Positions 28,350 to 37,823 of a stretch of 64,000 bases of DNA are shown here, piece by piece. The position numbers and the translations under genes were made by a program. The DNA is from Armatimonadota bacterium. GTDB taxonomy: Bacteria; Armatimonadota; SYMT01. The stretch lies in NCBI GenBank assembly GCA_041690135.1, contig JAWLHY010000002.1, positions 1,072,342-1,136,341 of the forward strand, written 5' to 3'. Below the pieces are notes generated by a model. It was not told the DNA's origin and ran no database searches. It worked only from the letters and a program-made list of their open reading frames with translations. Each line of letters opens with the position of its first letter. Within the stretch, counting starts at the first letter, position 1.

Positions 28350-29516
28350 ATGACCCTTGAGCGCGCTCTCCACCAAATCTCAGAGGACCGCGCCGCGGCT
28401 CTCACCCTGGAACTGGTCTCCATCCCTAGCCCTACCGGTGATACGGTGGCGGTCTCCGAGCGGTTCGCGGAGGAACTACGGGAGATCGGCATGGAGGTGG
28501 AGTTTTTCCGCCGCTTCCCGGAAACCCCCGTGGTCATCGGCCGGTACCGGGGTACCGGTGGGGGACCGACCCTCATCCTCAACGGTCACCTGGATACCGT
28601 TCCGATCCCTCACCCGGAGCCGGAGCGCCGCGACGGCCGCGTCTACGGCCGGGGCGCCATCGACATGAAGGGCCCCCTCGCCGCCGGCGTGGAAGCGGTC
28701 CGTGCCGCCGCCGAGGCCGGTCTGCGGTTCCAGGGCGACGTTGTGATCTGCGCCCACGGCCTGCACGAAGCGCCGGGCGGCCACGCGGAAGATCTCATCG
28801 CCGCCCTGGAAGAGGGAGCGGTCCGGGGCGACGCGGCGCTGGTCCTGGAGATCGGTCACGACGCGCTCCCGTTGGCGGGCCTGGGCAGCGGCATCTACCA
28901 GGCGCACTTCCGCCGCCCCGACCCGGTGACCCACGAGCTGATGACCCCCGAGGCCACCCCGCACCCCGCCTTTGCTGCCGCCGAAGCCGTCCTGGCGCTG
29001 CGGGAGCTGAACCTCCGGCTGCGGTCGAAACCCTGGGGGCTGGCCGGCCCGGAAAGCGTCTTCATCGGCCAGGTCCACTCCGGCGACTTCTTCAACCGCT
29101 TCTCCAACCACGCCTGGGTGGAAGGGACCCGCCGCTACTCCCCCGAGATGACCGCCGGCGAGACCGCCGCGGAGCTGCGGGAACTCCTCCAGCCGATCGC
29201 CGACCGTCACGGCCTCCAGCTCGACTTCCGCTTCGAGCGGGTCCGCGACGGCTTCCGCACCCCGGCCGATCACCCCTTGGTCACCGCCCTCCGCCAGGCC
29301 TTCACGGCGGAAACCGGCGCCGAGCTGCCGGTCACCGGCATCAAGATCGTGGCAGACGCGCCCGTCTTCGCGAAGGTCGGCGGGATCCCCTGCCTCTACC
29401 ACGGCCTGGACGGCGAAGGCGCCCACGGAGACCTCGAATCCGTCGCCGAAGCCGAGCTCGGCCGGGCCGCGCGCGTGTACCTCCGCACCATCGCCGCGTT
29501 CACAGGCGCTGCGTGA
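28350..29516 (+). CDS. M20 family metallo-hydrolase (ArgE/DapE-like)
   Basis: SIPSPTG, LNGHLDTV, GRGAIDMKG, C-terminal AHG. Confidence 0.88.
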   Translation: MTLERALHQISEDRAAALTLELVSIPSPTGDTVAVSERFAEELREIGMEVEFFRRFPETPVVIGRYRGTGGGPTLILNGHLDTVPIPHPEPERRDGRVYGRGAIDMKGPLAAGVEAVRAAAEAGLRFQGDVVICAHGLHEAPGGHAEDLIAALEEGAVRGDAALVLEIGHDALPLAGLGSGIYQAHFRRPDPVTHELMTPEATPHPAFAAAEAVLALRELNLRLRSKPWGLAGPESVFIGQVHSGDFFNRFSNHAWVEGTRRYSPEMTAGETAAELRELLQPIADRHGLQLDFRFERVRDGFRTPADHPLVTALRQAFTAETGAELPVTGIKIVADAPVFAKVGGIPCLYHGLDGEGAHGDLESVAEAELGRAARVYLRTIAAFTGAA

Positions 29517-29654
29517 GGGGAGGAGCCACAGATTGCACAGATTGGAAAGATGGAATGGGCAAAGGAGCGTGCCGAGGGGCTCCAGCTTGCTTGGTGGACC
29601 AACCGAACCCGTTTTGGTTAACTGAAGTAGCAGAGACGGGGTGCCCTTTGGGCC

Positions 29655-30188
29655 ATGGGCGTTGGTGACGGTACGCGCATCAGGTGCACCTCGTGCATGC
29701 CATTGATCACGGTCTGCACCTGTCATGGGTTCAGAACTTGCGACTTTGGTTACCAGCCTTGGGCCTGCACACGGTGCCGCGTGCTGCCTCGCCCTGGTCG
29801 CGAAACATGTCTCCGGTGAGTCCCGTCCCTGCCCCTGGTCACGGACCGCACCGGCCATGACTGCGGGAATCGCGTCCACCGTCCACCCAATCCGGCCAGC
29901 GGCCGCTGTCTCGTGCCGGCCTGTCACGGCTGGTACGACGGTCCGATCCGATTCCCGGAGCCGGTCGCTTGCTACTGGATGGAGTACGAGGACCGGATCG
30001 CCCCGCAGGTCGGCTGCGGCTTTCCCTATCCTGTGTTGCTGGAGATCTCGCCCGACCGTTCCCGGCCGGTGGAGTATCCCTTCGTCCGCTGCCTCCACTG
30101 CGACGGCGCCGTGGTGGACGACTGGCTAGGCACCCAATCCTGGCGCGACCGCTCCCGCCCCTTCACGCACCCGGTCGATGAGGAATAG
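29655..30188 (+). pseudogene. Cys-rich ORF interrupted by an in-frame TGA (pseudogene or recoded gene)
   Basis: MGVGDGTRIRCTSC...WACTRCR...TCLR*; the same frame continues into the 29913..30188 ORF (CLHC). Confidence 0.35.
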
Positions 30189-30637
30189 GAGAAGGGAGGA
30201 TGTTACAGTACCTGCTTGCGCCTCGGGTCAGCTACCGCCACTCTGGTTTGAGCCGCGAGCCCCCCTTCTCTGCGTCGGAGAAGTTTACACCCCGCGGGGG
30301 TGGGGCCGGGTACCCACGAGGTGGGTGGCGGGGATGAGGTTACCCTGTCAGATGGAGCAATACCCTGCATCCACGAAACCCCACCGGCCGCCAACGTTAA
30401 CGAGTGGGCCCCAGTGAACATGGACCCTTCGTAATCGTGATCGTAATCGTGATCGTGTTCGAAACTGCATCCCCACTGCCCGCCGCGCCAAAGCGGCCGG
30501 GTCCAACCTTGACAACCAGTGTTCGGATATTGTGCCTTCGCCGGTTGCGGACCTATTCTGTATTCAGCGCTTCCAGGCGGTTCAGCCACGCTCTGAAATG
30601 CGGACGGGCATCCCCTTCGGCGCCTCCCGCGGCTGAA

Positions 30638-30679
30638 GGACGAAGGGCATCACCCTTGTCCGGGTGATGCCCTTCGTCC
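30638..30679. terminator. Perfect 18-bp stem hairpin between convergent genes
   Basis: GGACGAAGGGCATCACCC-ttgtcc-GGGTGATGCCCTTCGTCC; no U-tract. Confidence 0.6.
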
Positions 30680-30813
30680 ACTCGACAACCTCTCTTGGCG
30701 GCTGGTTCCTCGATCCTTCGCCCCACCCTCCACTCCTATGCTTCTCCGTGTCACTCTCCGTGACTCCGTGCCTCGGTGGTGAAGGCCCCAATCGCGGTGC
30801 GCCGGTCGGGTTC

Positions 30814-31635
30814 CTACTTGTCCGGCACCACCTGGCTGTGCAGGTGGACCGGCTTGCCCTTCTGGGCGCGGAGGTTGAGGACCTCCACCATCACCGAGAA
30901 GGCCATGGCGAAGTAGGTATAGCCCTTGGGGATGTGCTGCTCGAACCCTTCGGCCAGGATGTTCACGCCGATGAGGACGAGGAACGCCAGGGCCAGCATC
31001 TTCACCGTAGGGTGCCGTTCCACGAAGTTGCTGATCGGGTTCACGAACACCAGCATGATCACCACGGCGATGAGGACCGCGATGATCATCACCGAGACCT
31101 GGTTCACCATGCCGATGGCAGTGATCACGGAGTCGAGCGAAAAGACGATGTCCAGCAGCAGGATCTGGAAGATCACGCTGGCGAACGTGGGGGCCGTCTT
31201 CGCGGAAACGTGGCCTTCCTCGCCTTCCAGCTTGTGATGGATCTCGTGGACCGCCTTCCACAGCAGGAACAGTCCGCCGACGATCAGGATGATGTCGCGA
31301 CCGGAGATGCCCCAGGGGTCCGCCGGATGAGCCGCGGCGCCGTGCCCGCCGCCATGCCCGGCGACGGCCGCACCCACCCCTTCCAGCGGCGCGGGGCCGA
31401 GGCGGAAGAGCGGCGTGGTGAGGCTCATCACCCAGCCCAGGGAGAGGAGCAGCAGGATGCGCGTGATCAGCGCGAGACCCAGGCCCATCTGGCGGGCCTT
31501 GGTGCGCTGCTCCGCCGGCAGCTTGCCGGACAGGATGGAGATGAAAACGATGTTGTCGATGCCCAGAACGATCTCGAGAATCGTCAGGGTCAGGAGGCCG
31601 ATCCAGGCCTGCGGGTCGGACAGCCAGTCAAACAT
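30814..31635 (-). CDS. TerC family membrane protein
   Basis: LEIVLGIDNIVFI, DIVFSLDSVITA, HPTVKMLAL, IPKGY; His-containing loop insert. Confidence 0.92.
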   Translation of the reverse strand: MFDWLSDPQAWIGLLTLTILEIVLGIDNIVFISILSGKLPAEQRTKARQMGLGLALITRILLLLSLGWVMSLTTPLFRLGPAPLEGVGAAVAGHGGGHGAAAHPADPWGISGRDIILIVGGLFLLWKAVHEIHHKLEGEEGHVSAKTAPTFASVIFQILLLDIVFSLDSVITAIGMVNQVSVMIIAVLIAVVIMLVFVNPISNFVERHPTVKMLALAFLVLIGVNILAEGFEQHIPKGYTYFAMAFSVMVEVLNLRAQKGKPVHLHSQVVPDK

Positions 31636-31698
31636 GTTGGGTGCTCGTTACGTCGCTATGGGTCAGAAGAACCTTCGGCACCCCTCCCGCTGCGATCA

Positions 31699-31759
31699 GG
31701 GTTGCAAGTTGGAAGGTTAGTAGGTTGGAAGGTTGGAAGGTTGGAAGGTTTGGAGCCCC
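31699..31759 (+). repeat. Octamer tandem repeat (GGTTGGAA)n
   Basis: About 6 degenerate units; related modules at 39590-39632, 39694-39743, 39975-40092 (inverted) and 43023-43053. Confidence 0.8.
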
Positions 31760-31922
31760 CTTCGTGGGCTGGAGATTGAAGCCGTTCTAGGGTTCGCCAC
31801 GGATCGTCGCCCGGGCTCCCTTCGTCCGGCGTATTTAACGGAGCTTCGGCGGAATGGTCACGCACGCGCGGTAAGTATGCCTTATTTCGCGATATCCAAT
31901 GCAAGACCGCACAGGGTCGGAG

Positions 31923-32786
31923 TCAAACCGCGGCGGTTCTCCCAAACTCCCAGTGGTCCACCCTACCGGTATCGGTGTCGATCAGCACCAGGCGCTTCCA
32001 GGGATAATCGCCGCCGACGTTCAGGCAGCGCTTGCCCAGGAGAACGGCCTCGCAGGCGGCGTGAGTATGCCCGCAGACCACCCACTGGATTCGCGGATCG
32101 TCCAAGATGGTCCGCTGCATCCGGCGGTTGCCGGTGTAGGCCAACCAGAAGAGCTGTTCCGGAGTCCGGAGCGCGGAAGGGTAGAAGAGCGGCCGGACCG
32201 GTGGGTGGTGCTGCAGGGTAATCACCTGCTCCACCGAGGCCGGCAATTCCGAGAGTTGCCGGCGGAAGCGCTCGACGATCCGCCCGGTGAAAGCCCAATC
32301 GGTCATTCCCAGGTGCACGAACCGGCCGTCGTTATGGCGTCCGCGGGGGAAGAGCTTCTCCCGGTACATCTCCACGGCCTGGGGGTACTCCAGCTCCAGG
32401 GTCGGGTCGGCGAAGCTGTAGTCGTACCAGTTCATGCTCCCGAGCACCGCCAGGCGCCCGGAGGGGTCCACATAGGGCTGGAGGTCGAGGTACTGGTAGC
32501 CGCATTCGGCCGCCATCCGGGGGAGGCGCTCCTCATACAGCTCCAGGGATGCGGGGGAGGCGTCGTCCGTCCAGAGGTCGTGGTTACCGGGAAGCACCCA
32601 GCAGAGCGGGGCCACCCCCTGTAGCGCCTCCAGGCACCAGGCGAACTCGTCGCCGGTGCCCACGTCCCCGGCGATGGCGAAGGCGTCGGGCTGCAGCTCC
32701 GCAACCTTCCGCCCCAGCTCGCGCGTGGCCTCGTCGCCTCGAGGATGGTGCCCCCAGTGCAGGTCCGCCGTTACCGCCAGCCGCAT
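31923..32786 (-). CDS. Calcineurin-like metallophosphoesterase
   Basis: ADLH, AGD, GNHD, HHPP, GHTH motifs. Confidence 0.9.
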   Translation of the reverse strand: MRLAVTADLHWGHHPRGDEATRELGRKVAELQPDAFAIAGDVGTGDEFAWCLEALQGVAPLCWVLPGNHDLWTDDASPASLELYEERLPRMAAECGYQYLDLQPYVDPSGRLAVLGSMNWYDYSFADPTLELEYPQAVEMYREKLFPRGRHNDGRFVHLGMTDWAFTGRIVERFRRQLSELPASVEQVITLQHHPPVRPLFYPSALRTPEQLFWLAYTGNRRMQRTILDDPRIQWVVCGHTHAACEAVLLGKRCLNVGGDYPWKRLVLIDTDTGRVDHWEFGRTAAV

Positions 32787-32851
32787 GGTTGTGACTATAC
32801 TCCCTTGAAGACCCGCCCGATTGAGCGCGATGGAGAGAAAGGAGCCCCCGG

Positions 32852-33358
32852 ATGATCACTCCCGAATATTGCCGCCTGATGAGCCGGTATAACTGCTGGA
32901 TGAACGAGCGCCTCTACGCCGTGTGCGCCGAGCTCACCGATCCGGTGCGCAAGGAGGACCGCGGCGCGCCGTTCCGCTCCATTCACGGAACCCTCAACCA
33001 CCTGCTCCTCGCAGACCGGGCCTGGATGGGCCGCTTTACCGGGGTGCCGTACCCGGCCAGGTCGCTCGATCAGGAGCTCTACGCTGACTTCGCGGAGCTC
33101 CGCCGCGAGCGGGAGATCACCGATTCCGTTATCGAGGACTGGGTCGCCGCGATCACTCCGGAGCGCCTCGCCGCGGATCTTACCTTCACCAGTCTTTCCC
33201 GGCCCGAGCCGCGCACTGTTCCCCTCTGGTTCCCGGTGACCCACATGTTCAATCACCAGACCCACCATCGCGGCCAGCTTACCACCCTCCTGGAACAGCT
33301 CGGCTGCGACTTTGGCGTCACGGACCTGATGTGGCTGCCGGGAGGGTGCGAGGGGTAA
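32852..33358 (+). CDS. DinB family protein
   Basis: YNCWMNERL, SIHGTLNHLL, HMFNHQTHHRGQ. Confidence 0.92.
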   Translation: MITPEYCRLMSRYNCWMNERLYAVCAELTDPVRKEDRGAPFRSIHGTLNHLLLADRAWMGRFTGVPYPARSLDQELYADFAELRREREITDSVIEDWVAAITPERLAADLTFTSLSRPEPRTVPLWFPVTHMFNHQTHHRGQLTTLLEQLGCDFGVTDLMWLPGGCEG

Positions 33359-33464
33359 ACGATCCGCGAATTGGGCGAATGGAACGAATTTGGAGAAGGG
33401 TGTTCGGGTGTTCGGGTGTTCAGGTGTTCGGGTGTTCAGGTGTTCGGGCAACGTCAAAGAGGGT

Positions 33465-33583
33465 CATTGCGAGGAGCGGTGTACCTGATCCAACTTCCCC
33501 GAGTCTGATGAGCCTCCTGCCGAAGCACCAGCTTGCTGAACCAGAAGCCGTAAGCGACGCGGCAAGCCCCCTGGTCAGGGAAG
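33465..33583 (+). repeat. Dispersed ~120-bp element, copy B
   Basis: Homologous to 18147-18266; preceded by (GGTGTTCR)n octamers and followed by hexamer repeats. Confidence 0.85.
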
Positions 33584-33889
33584 CCGTCCTGATACGGCGT
33601 CCTCATCCTAGTCCTGGTCCTAATCCATCAGCCCCCTGGTCAGGGCACCCGTAACAGACCCGCAACCTTTGCACCCGTACTGCCAACCCGTCCGGGGTCC
33701 GGTCTCTTTATCCTGATCCACTCCGCCCCTGGTCAGGGCAGAAGTCCTTACCTGGGATTCCTATCCTAATCGTTATCCTAGTCCTAATCCGTCCCGCCTC
33801 CGGGTCAGGGCCGCCGTCGCGGGACGGAACTCTTTATCCTTATCTTCCTATCCTTATCCTCTCAGTCCTTATCCACCCCTCTCCTTATC

Positions 33890-36016
33890 CTATTGCGGTA
33901 GAAACTGGATCCCGTCCACCACCACGAAGCCGTCCGTGTCCTTATTGCCGAGGGTGACGGTGGTCTTCTTTCCCTTGGGAAGTCGGAACTTGCCGAGGGA
34001 ATGGAAGCCCTCGCCTGCTTCGGTGCGCATGTTGACCTTGACGGTGACCGTTTCGCCGCCCTCGACGGCGATCGTCACGGGGGCGTTGGTGGCGCGGTTG
34101 GGGTTGGGCGGGGCGATCAGCCGGATCTCATACTCCGCGTCCCGGGGAAGATCCGGCGTAAAGGCAATGGTGGTCTCGCCCTTCTGCGTATTGCCGTCGT
34201 GGAGGTAGCCCGTCCCGATCTTGCGGGCTCCCGAGATCGTGGACTGCGACCAGCGCCCGGTCTTCTTCCCGTCGTGGTCGTCCAGCGCGATCCCTTTGAG
34301 GGTGCTGGCGGGGATGAGCAGGGCGGAGTTGCCGCCGGGGCCCGCGCTCCGCTGCCACTCCAGGATGTGGCCGAGCTCCAGCAGCCGGTTCCGCAGCCGG
34401 GAGTAATCCACTTCCTGGACCGGGGTATCCGTGTCGAGGGCCATCCCCGCGGCGACTGCGGCGGACTGGCCGAGGATCATGAAGACCGGCTCCATGCGGA
34501 TGGACCCGTAGGCGATATGGCTGGCGGAGAGACAGACCGGCACCAGCAGGTTCTGGACCTCCTTGCGCGCCGGCACGATGGACCGGTAGGAGATAGGGTA
34601 GGGAGAGAAGCCACCCACCTGGACGTCACCCTCGTTGCGCACCTTGCCGTCGATCACCACGCGGTCGCAGTTGTGGGAATCCATGCCGTAGGCGCCGAGC
34701 CCGACGGCATCCACGGCGCGGAGTTTGCCGCGGCAGTTGTGCTCGGTCATCACGTAGTCCGAAATCATCCGCCGGGCCTCGCGCACGTAGAGCTGGCGCG
34801 GCCAGCCGCCCGTATCCTGGAACTCATCCTTGCAGAGGCCCCATTCGGCCATCCGGGTGCGGATCGGCTCCGGAACGCTAGGGTCGTTGGCGAGAAACCA
34901 CTGCAGTCCCTGCTGGTAGACCACGTGGCGCTGGAAGATCTTCTCGCGGGTCCGGTAGTCACCGTCCGGCCAATCGTAGTTCTGCCCGATGAAGTCGGTA
35001 GAGACGGCGCCGTGGTTGTTCGTGTCCACCTTGTCGCCCCGGATCGCGTCGAACTTGCGGAAGACTTCGTTCCAGCCGGTGTTCAGGTACCGGGCGAGCA
35101 GGACGTACTGCTGCGGATCATATCCCTCCGGCTTCGGGAACGGGATCCGGTTCTCCGGCTTCTGCGTCAGGGTCATGCGGAAGTTGTACGCCTGGACGCG
35201 GTGGTCGCCGGTTCCCGCGGGCGCCACCGGCTGGGGGTTGATCCCCGGTAGCAGTCCGCTCTTCGGGTCGTCTTCGATCACGTAGGGGGAGACGGGGTAG
35301 TCGAACTGGTGCTTGTTGTGGACCTGTACACCGTTGATCGTCTCGCCGTAGACGCTGTTCGCCTCCCGCCCGACGTGGTAGCTCACGCCGGCTTTCGCCA
35401 TCAGGTCGCCCTCGTAGGTGGCGTCGATGAACATCTTCGCGGTAACCGTCAGGCCGCGCTCCGTGGTGAGGGACGTGATCCGGGGACCCTTCTTGCCGAT
35501 CGCCTTGAGGAAGTGCCGGTAGTGGACGGGCACCTTCGCCTCCGCGATCATTTCCTGGTAGACCGCTTCGGCGACCTTCGGCTCGAACCGCCACTCTTCC
35601 TCGACGCCGTACTTCTGCCCAATCCGCTTGTAGACCTCGCGGGAGAGGCCTCCGATGGCCGCTTTATTGCCGATGTCGGTGTTCGTGAGGCCCCCGGTGG
35701 TGAGGCCGCCCAGGTGAGCTTCCGGCGCCACCAGCACCACCCGCCGGCCGTCCCGCGCCGCCTGGAGCGCGGCGGTGATCCCGCCGGAGGTGCCGCCGTA
35801 CACGCACAGGTCGACGTCGAGCTTTTCGGGAGTGACCTTCCCGCGGACCGGTTCGTAGTAGTGCAGGTTCGGATGGATCGGCACCGTGCCGCCCTTCGTT
35901 TCGCCCGCCTGTCCCGGCGGCATTGCCAGGCCGGTGCACACCACCCCAGCCGTCAGTCCCGCTACCACCGTCCAGGACCCACCCCGGCCCGCAACTTCAC
36001 GCCAACCTGCACTCAT
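33890..36016 (-). CDS. FAD-dependent oxidoreductase with C-terminal xanthan-lyase/golvesin-like domain
   Basis: VYGGTSGG...A, IDATYEGDL, VQAYNFR, LYVREARR, SASHIAYGSIRMEP; C-terminal GFVVVDGIQF. Confidence 0.85.
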   Translation of the reverse strand: MSAGWREVAGRGGSWTVVAGLTAGVVCTGLAMPPGQAGETKGGTVPIHPNLHYYEPVRGKVTPEKLDVDLCVYGGTSGGITAALQAARDGRRVVLVAPEAHLGGLTTGGLTNTDIGNKAAIGGLSREVYKRIGQKYGVEEEWRFEPKVAEAVYQEMIAEAKVPVHYRHFLKAIGKKGPRITSLTTERGLTVTAKMFIDATYEGDLMAKAGVSYHVGREANSVYGETINGVQVHNKHQFDYPVSPYVIEDDPKSGLLPGINPQPVAPAGTGDHRVQAYNFRMTLTQKPENRIPFPKPEGYDPQQYVLLARYLNTGWNEVFRKFDAIRGDKVDTNNHGAVSTDFIGQNYDWPDGDYRTREKIFQRHVVYQQGLQWFLANDPSVPEPIRTRMAEWGLCKDEFQDTGGWPRQLYVREARRMISDYVMTEHNCRGKLRAVDAVGLGAYGMDSHNCDRVVIDGKVRNEGDVQVGGFSPYPISYRSIVPARKEVQNLLVPVCLSASHIAYGSIRMEPVFMILGQSAAVAAGMALDTDTPVQEVDYSRLRNRLLELGHILEWQRSAGPGGNSALLIPASTLKGIALDDHDGKKTGRWSQSTISGARKIGTGYLHDGNTQKGETTIAFTPDLPRDAEYEIRLIAPPNPNRATNAPVTIAVEGGETVTVKVNMRTEAGEGFHSLGKFRLPKGKKTTVTLGNKDTDGFVVVDGIQFLPQ

Positions 36017-36136
36017 ACTTCAAACCTCGCTTTCCATCCCCTTTGTCGGCTACGGAAGCCTCCGGTTCCTCCTCGGCCCGGTGGGAAGACGCGGATCGCT
36101 TGTAGTTGGCGCGGTTCTATCTAGACGGTGGACGAC

Positions 36137-36190
36137 AAGTACTACAAAATGTAGGTAATTACTGACAACTACCGACATTTTGTAGTACTT
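36137..36190. promoter_or_regulatory. Inverted-repeat operator upstream of abiEi
   Basis: Perfect 16-bp arms AAGTACTACAAAATGT / ACATTTTGTAGTACTT ending 2 nt before the ATG. Confidence 0.8.
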
Positions 36191-36192
36191 CG

Positions 36193-36795
36193 ATGGACGA
36201 TAAAGCCACCACACGAGCCCTGCAATTGGCTGCCGAACAGGGAGTAGTCCGCCCGCGAGACCTGATTGCACACGGCGTCCCCCACACGCTGCTTTCGCAA
36301 CTCCACAAACAAGGACGGCTCCAGAGGGTTTCTCGCGGGCTGTACAGGCTGCCTGATGCGCCGGTTTCCGAGCACTCTTCGCTGGTTCAAGCCTGCACAC
36401 GCATTCCGGGCGGCGTGATCTGCCTGCTGTCGGCTCTCCGTTTCCATAACCTCGGCACGCAGAACCCCTTCGAGGTCTGGATGGCGATCCATTTCAAAGC
36501 AAGAATGCCGAAGCCGGACTACCCGCCGCTGCGCATCGTCCGTTTCTCCGGCGCAGCCTTGCTCGAGGGCGTCGAGGAGCATTCGACACCTGACGGAAGG
36601 GTGCGCGTCTTCGGAGTAGCGAAAACCGTGGTGGATTGCTTCCGTTATCGAAACAAGATTGGACTGGATGTCGGTCTGGAGGCGCTGGATGTCAGTCTCC
36701 GCGAACGCCGAGCAACGGTTGACGAGATCTGGCGGTACGCCCGCCTGCTGCGAATGACCAACGTCCTACGTCCCTATCTGGAGGCTAGAGGATGA
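36193..36795 (+). CDS. abiEi: Type IV TA antitoxin AbiEi family
   Basis: wHTH GRLQRVSRGLY, GVICLLSALRFH, KTVVDCFRYRNKIG. Confidence 0.88.
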   Translation: MDDKATTRALQLAAEQGVVRPRDLIAHGVPHTLLSQLHKQGRLQRVSRGLYRLPDAPVSEHSSLVQACTRIPGGVICLLSALRFHNLGTQNPFEVWMAIHFKARMPKPDYPPLRIVRFSGAALLEGVEEHSTPDGRVRVFGVAKTVVDCFRYRNKIGLDVGLEALDVSLRERRATVDEIWRYARLLRMTNVLRPYLEARG

Positions 36796-37730
36796 ACGAT
36801 AAGCCGCCGCGCAACGTGCCGGCATCGGTGCGAGATCGACTCCTTCGCCTTTCGCGCGAGCGTGGCGAGGACTTTCAGGCTGCTCTTACGCGATATGCGA
36901 ATGAGCGCTTGCTGTACCGCTTGAGCCTTTCACCACACCGCGAGCGGTACGTCCTCAAAGGCGCCAAGCTCTTTGAGATCTGGACCGGAGAGATTCATCG
37001 CCCCACACGCGATATCGACTTCCTGGGGTTCGGAAGTCCTGTGGTTGCGGAAGTAGTGGCAAACGTCCGCGAGATCTGTACGTGGTCCGCGCCGGTAGAT
37101 GATGGGATTGCGTTTGATCCAGCCAGCGTCATGGGTGCTCCCGCCCGCGAAGATCAGGAGTACCAGGGGGTATCCATCAAGTTGAATGCCCATCTCGCCG
37201 GGGCAAAGGTTCAGATCCAGATCGACTTCGGATTCGGCGACGCCATCACTCCCGCAGCAGCGGTAACGGAGATCCCTGCCTTGCTTGACTTCCCTTCACC
37301 GTTGCTGCGGGTCTATCCCCGAGAGACGGTGGTGGCAGAGAAGTTCCAGGCGATGGTGGCACTCGGCATCACCAATAGCCGGATGAAGGACTTTTACGAC
37401 ATCGCCTACCTGGCACAGCGGTTCGACTTCGAGGGCGACCTGCTCCGTCGGGCGATCGTGGCGACGTTCCTACGCCGTCAAACCGAGGTTCCGACCGAAC
37501 TCCCGCTGGCTCTGACTGCCGAGTTTTACGAAGATCCAGACAAACAGCAGCAATGGAAGGCGTTCATCACCAGGAGTCGCCTCAGTGGAGACATGGCGCA
37601 ATTAGGCAACGTCATTCAGTGCTTACAGTCCTTCTTGATGCCGCCTTCACGCTCTGCGGCCTTCGCGGAGGCCCTCAATCTGCAGTGGGATGCCGGGGCG
37701 GGAAAGTGGATGCCCACATCTGAAGGGTGA
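36792..37730 (+). CDS. abiEii: Type IV TA nucleotidyltransferase toxin AbiEii family
   Basis: LKGA, RPTRDIDF, IDFGFGD, AEKFQAM, NSRMKDFYD; ATGA overlap with the antitoxin. Confidence 0.9.
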   Translation: MNDKPPRNVPASVRDRLLRLSRERGEDFQAALTRYANERLLYRLSLSPHRERYVLKGAKLFEIWTGEIHRPTRDIDFLGFGSPVVAEVVANVREICTWSAPVDDGIAFDPASVMGAPAREDQEYQGVSIKLNAHLAGAKVQIQIDFGFGDAITPAAAVTEIPALLDFPSPLLRVYPRETVVAEKFQAMVALGITNSRMKDFYDIAYLAQRFDFEGDLLRRAIVATFLRRQTEVPTELPLALTAEFYEDPDKQQQWKAFITRSRLSGDMAQLGNVIQCLQSFLMPPSRSAAFAEALNLQWDAGAGKWMPTSEG

Positions 37731-37823
37731 AAGGGCGACACATAGCGCCTCCCAGCGCAAGAACGATCAAGCAGCAGGTGGTGGGTGGGTGTATCGTGTC
37801 GCTGCGCCTGGAGAGGAAGCGTT

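Noticed and set aside
28350-29516. Assignment as dapE because dapF is nearby
   Set aside because: Not adjacent to dapF and the catalytic EE motif is altered; left as M20 family.
31636-31922. yybP-ykoY (Mn2+) riboswitch upstream of the TerC gene
   Set aside because: Expected conserved motifs were not found; the region is occupied partly by octamer repeats.
33500-33530. Hammerhead ribozyme core (CTGATGAG...CGAA)
   Set aside because: Reads GAAG rather than GAAA, stem II does not pair properly, and the homologous copy at about 18188 has CGGATGA.
33566-33810. CRISPR array
   Set aside because: Repeat core is only about 15 bp and degenerate, spacing is irregular, spacers are low-complexity, and no cas genes are present.
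36100-37760. Prophage or integrative element around AbiE
   Set aside because: No integrase, transposase, tRNA or flanking direct repeats were seen.
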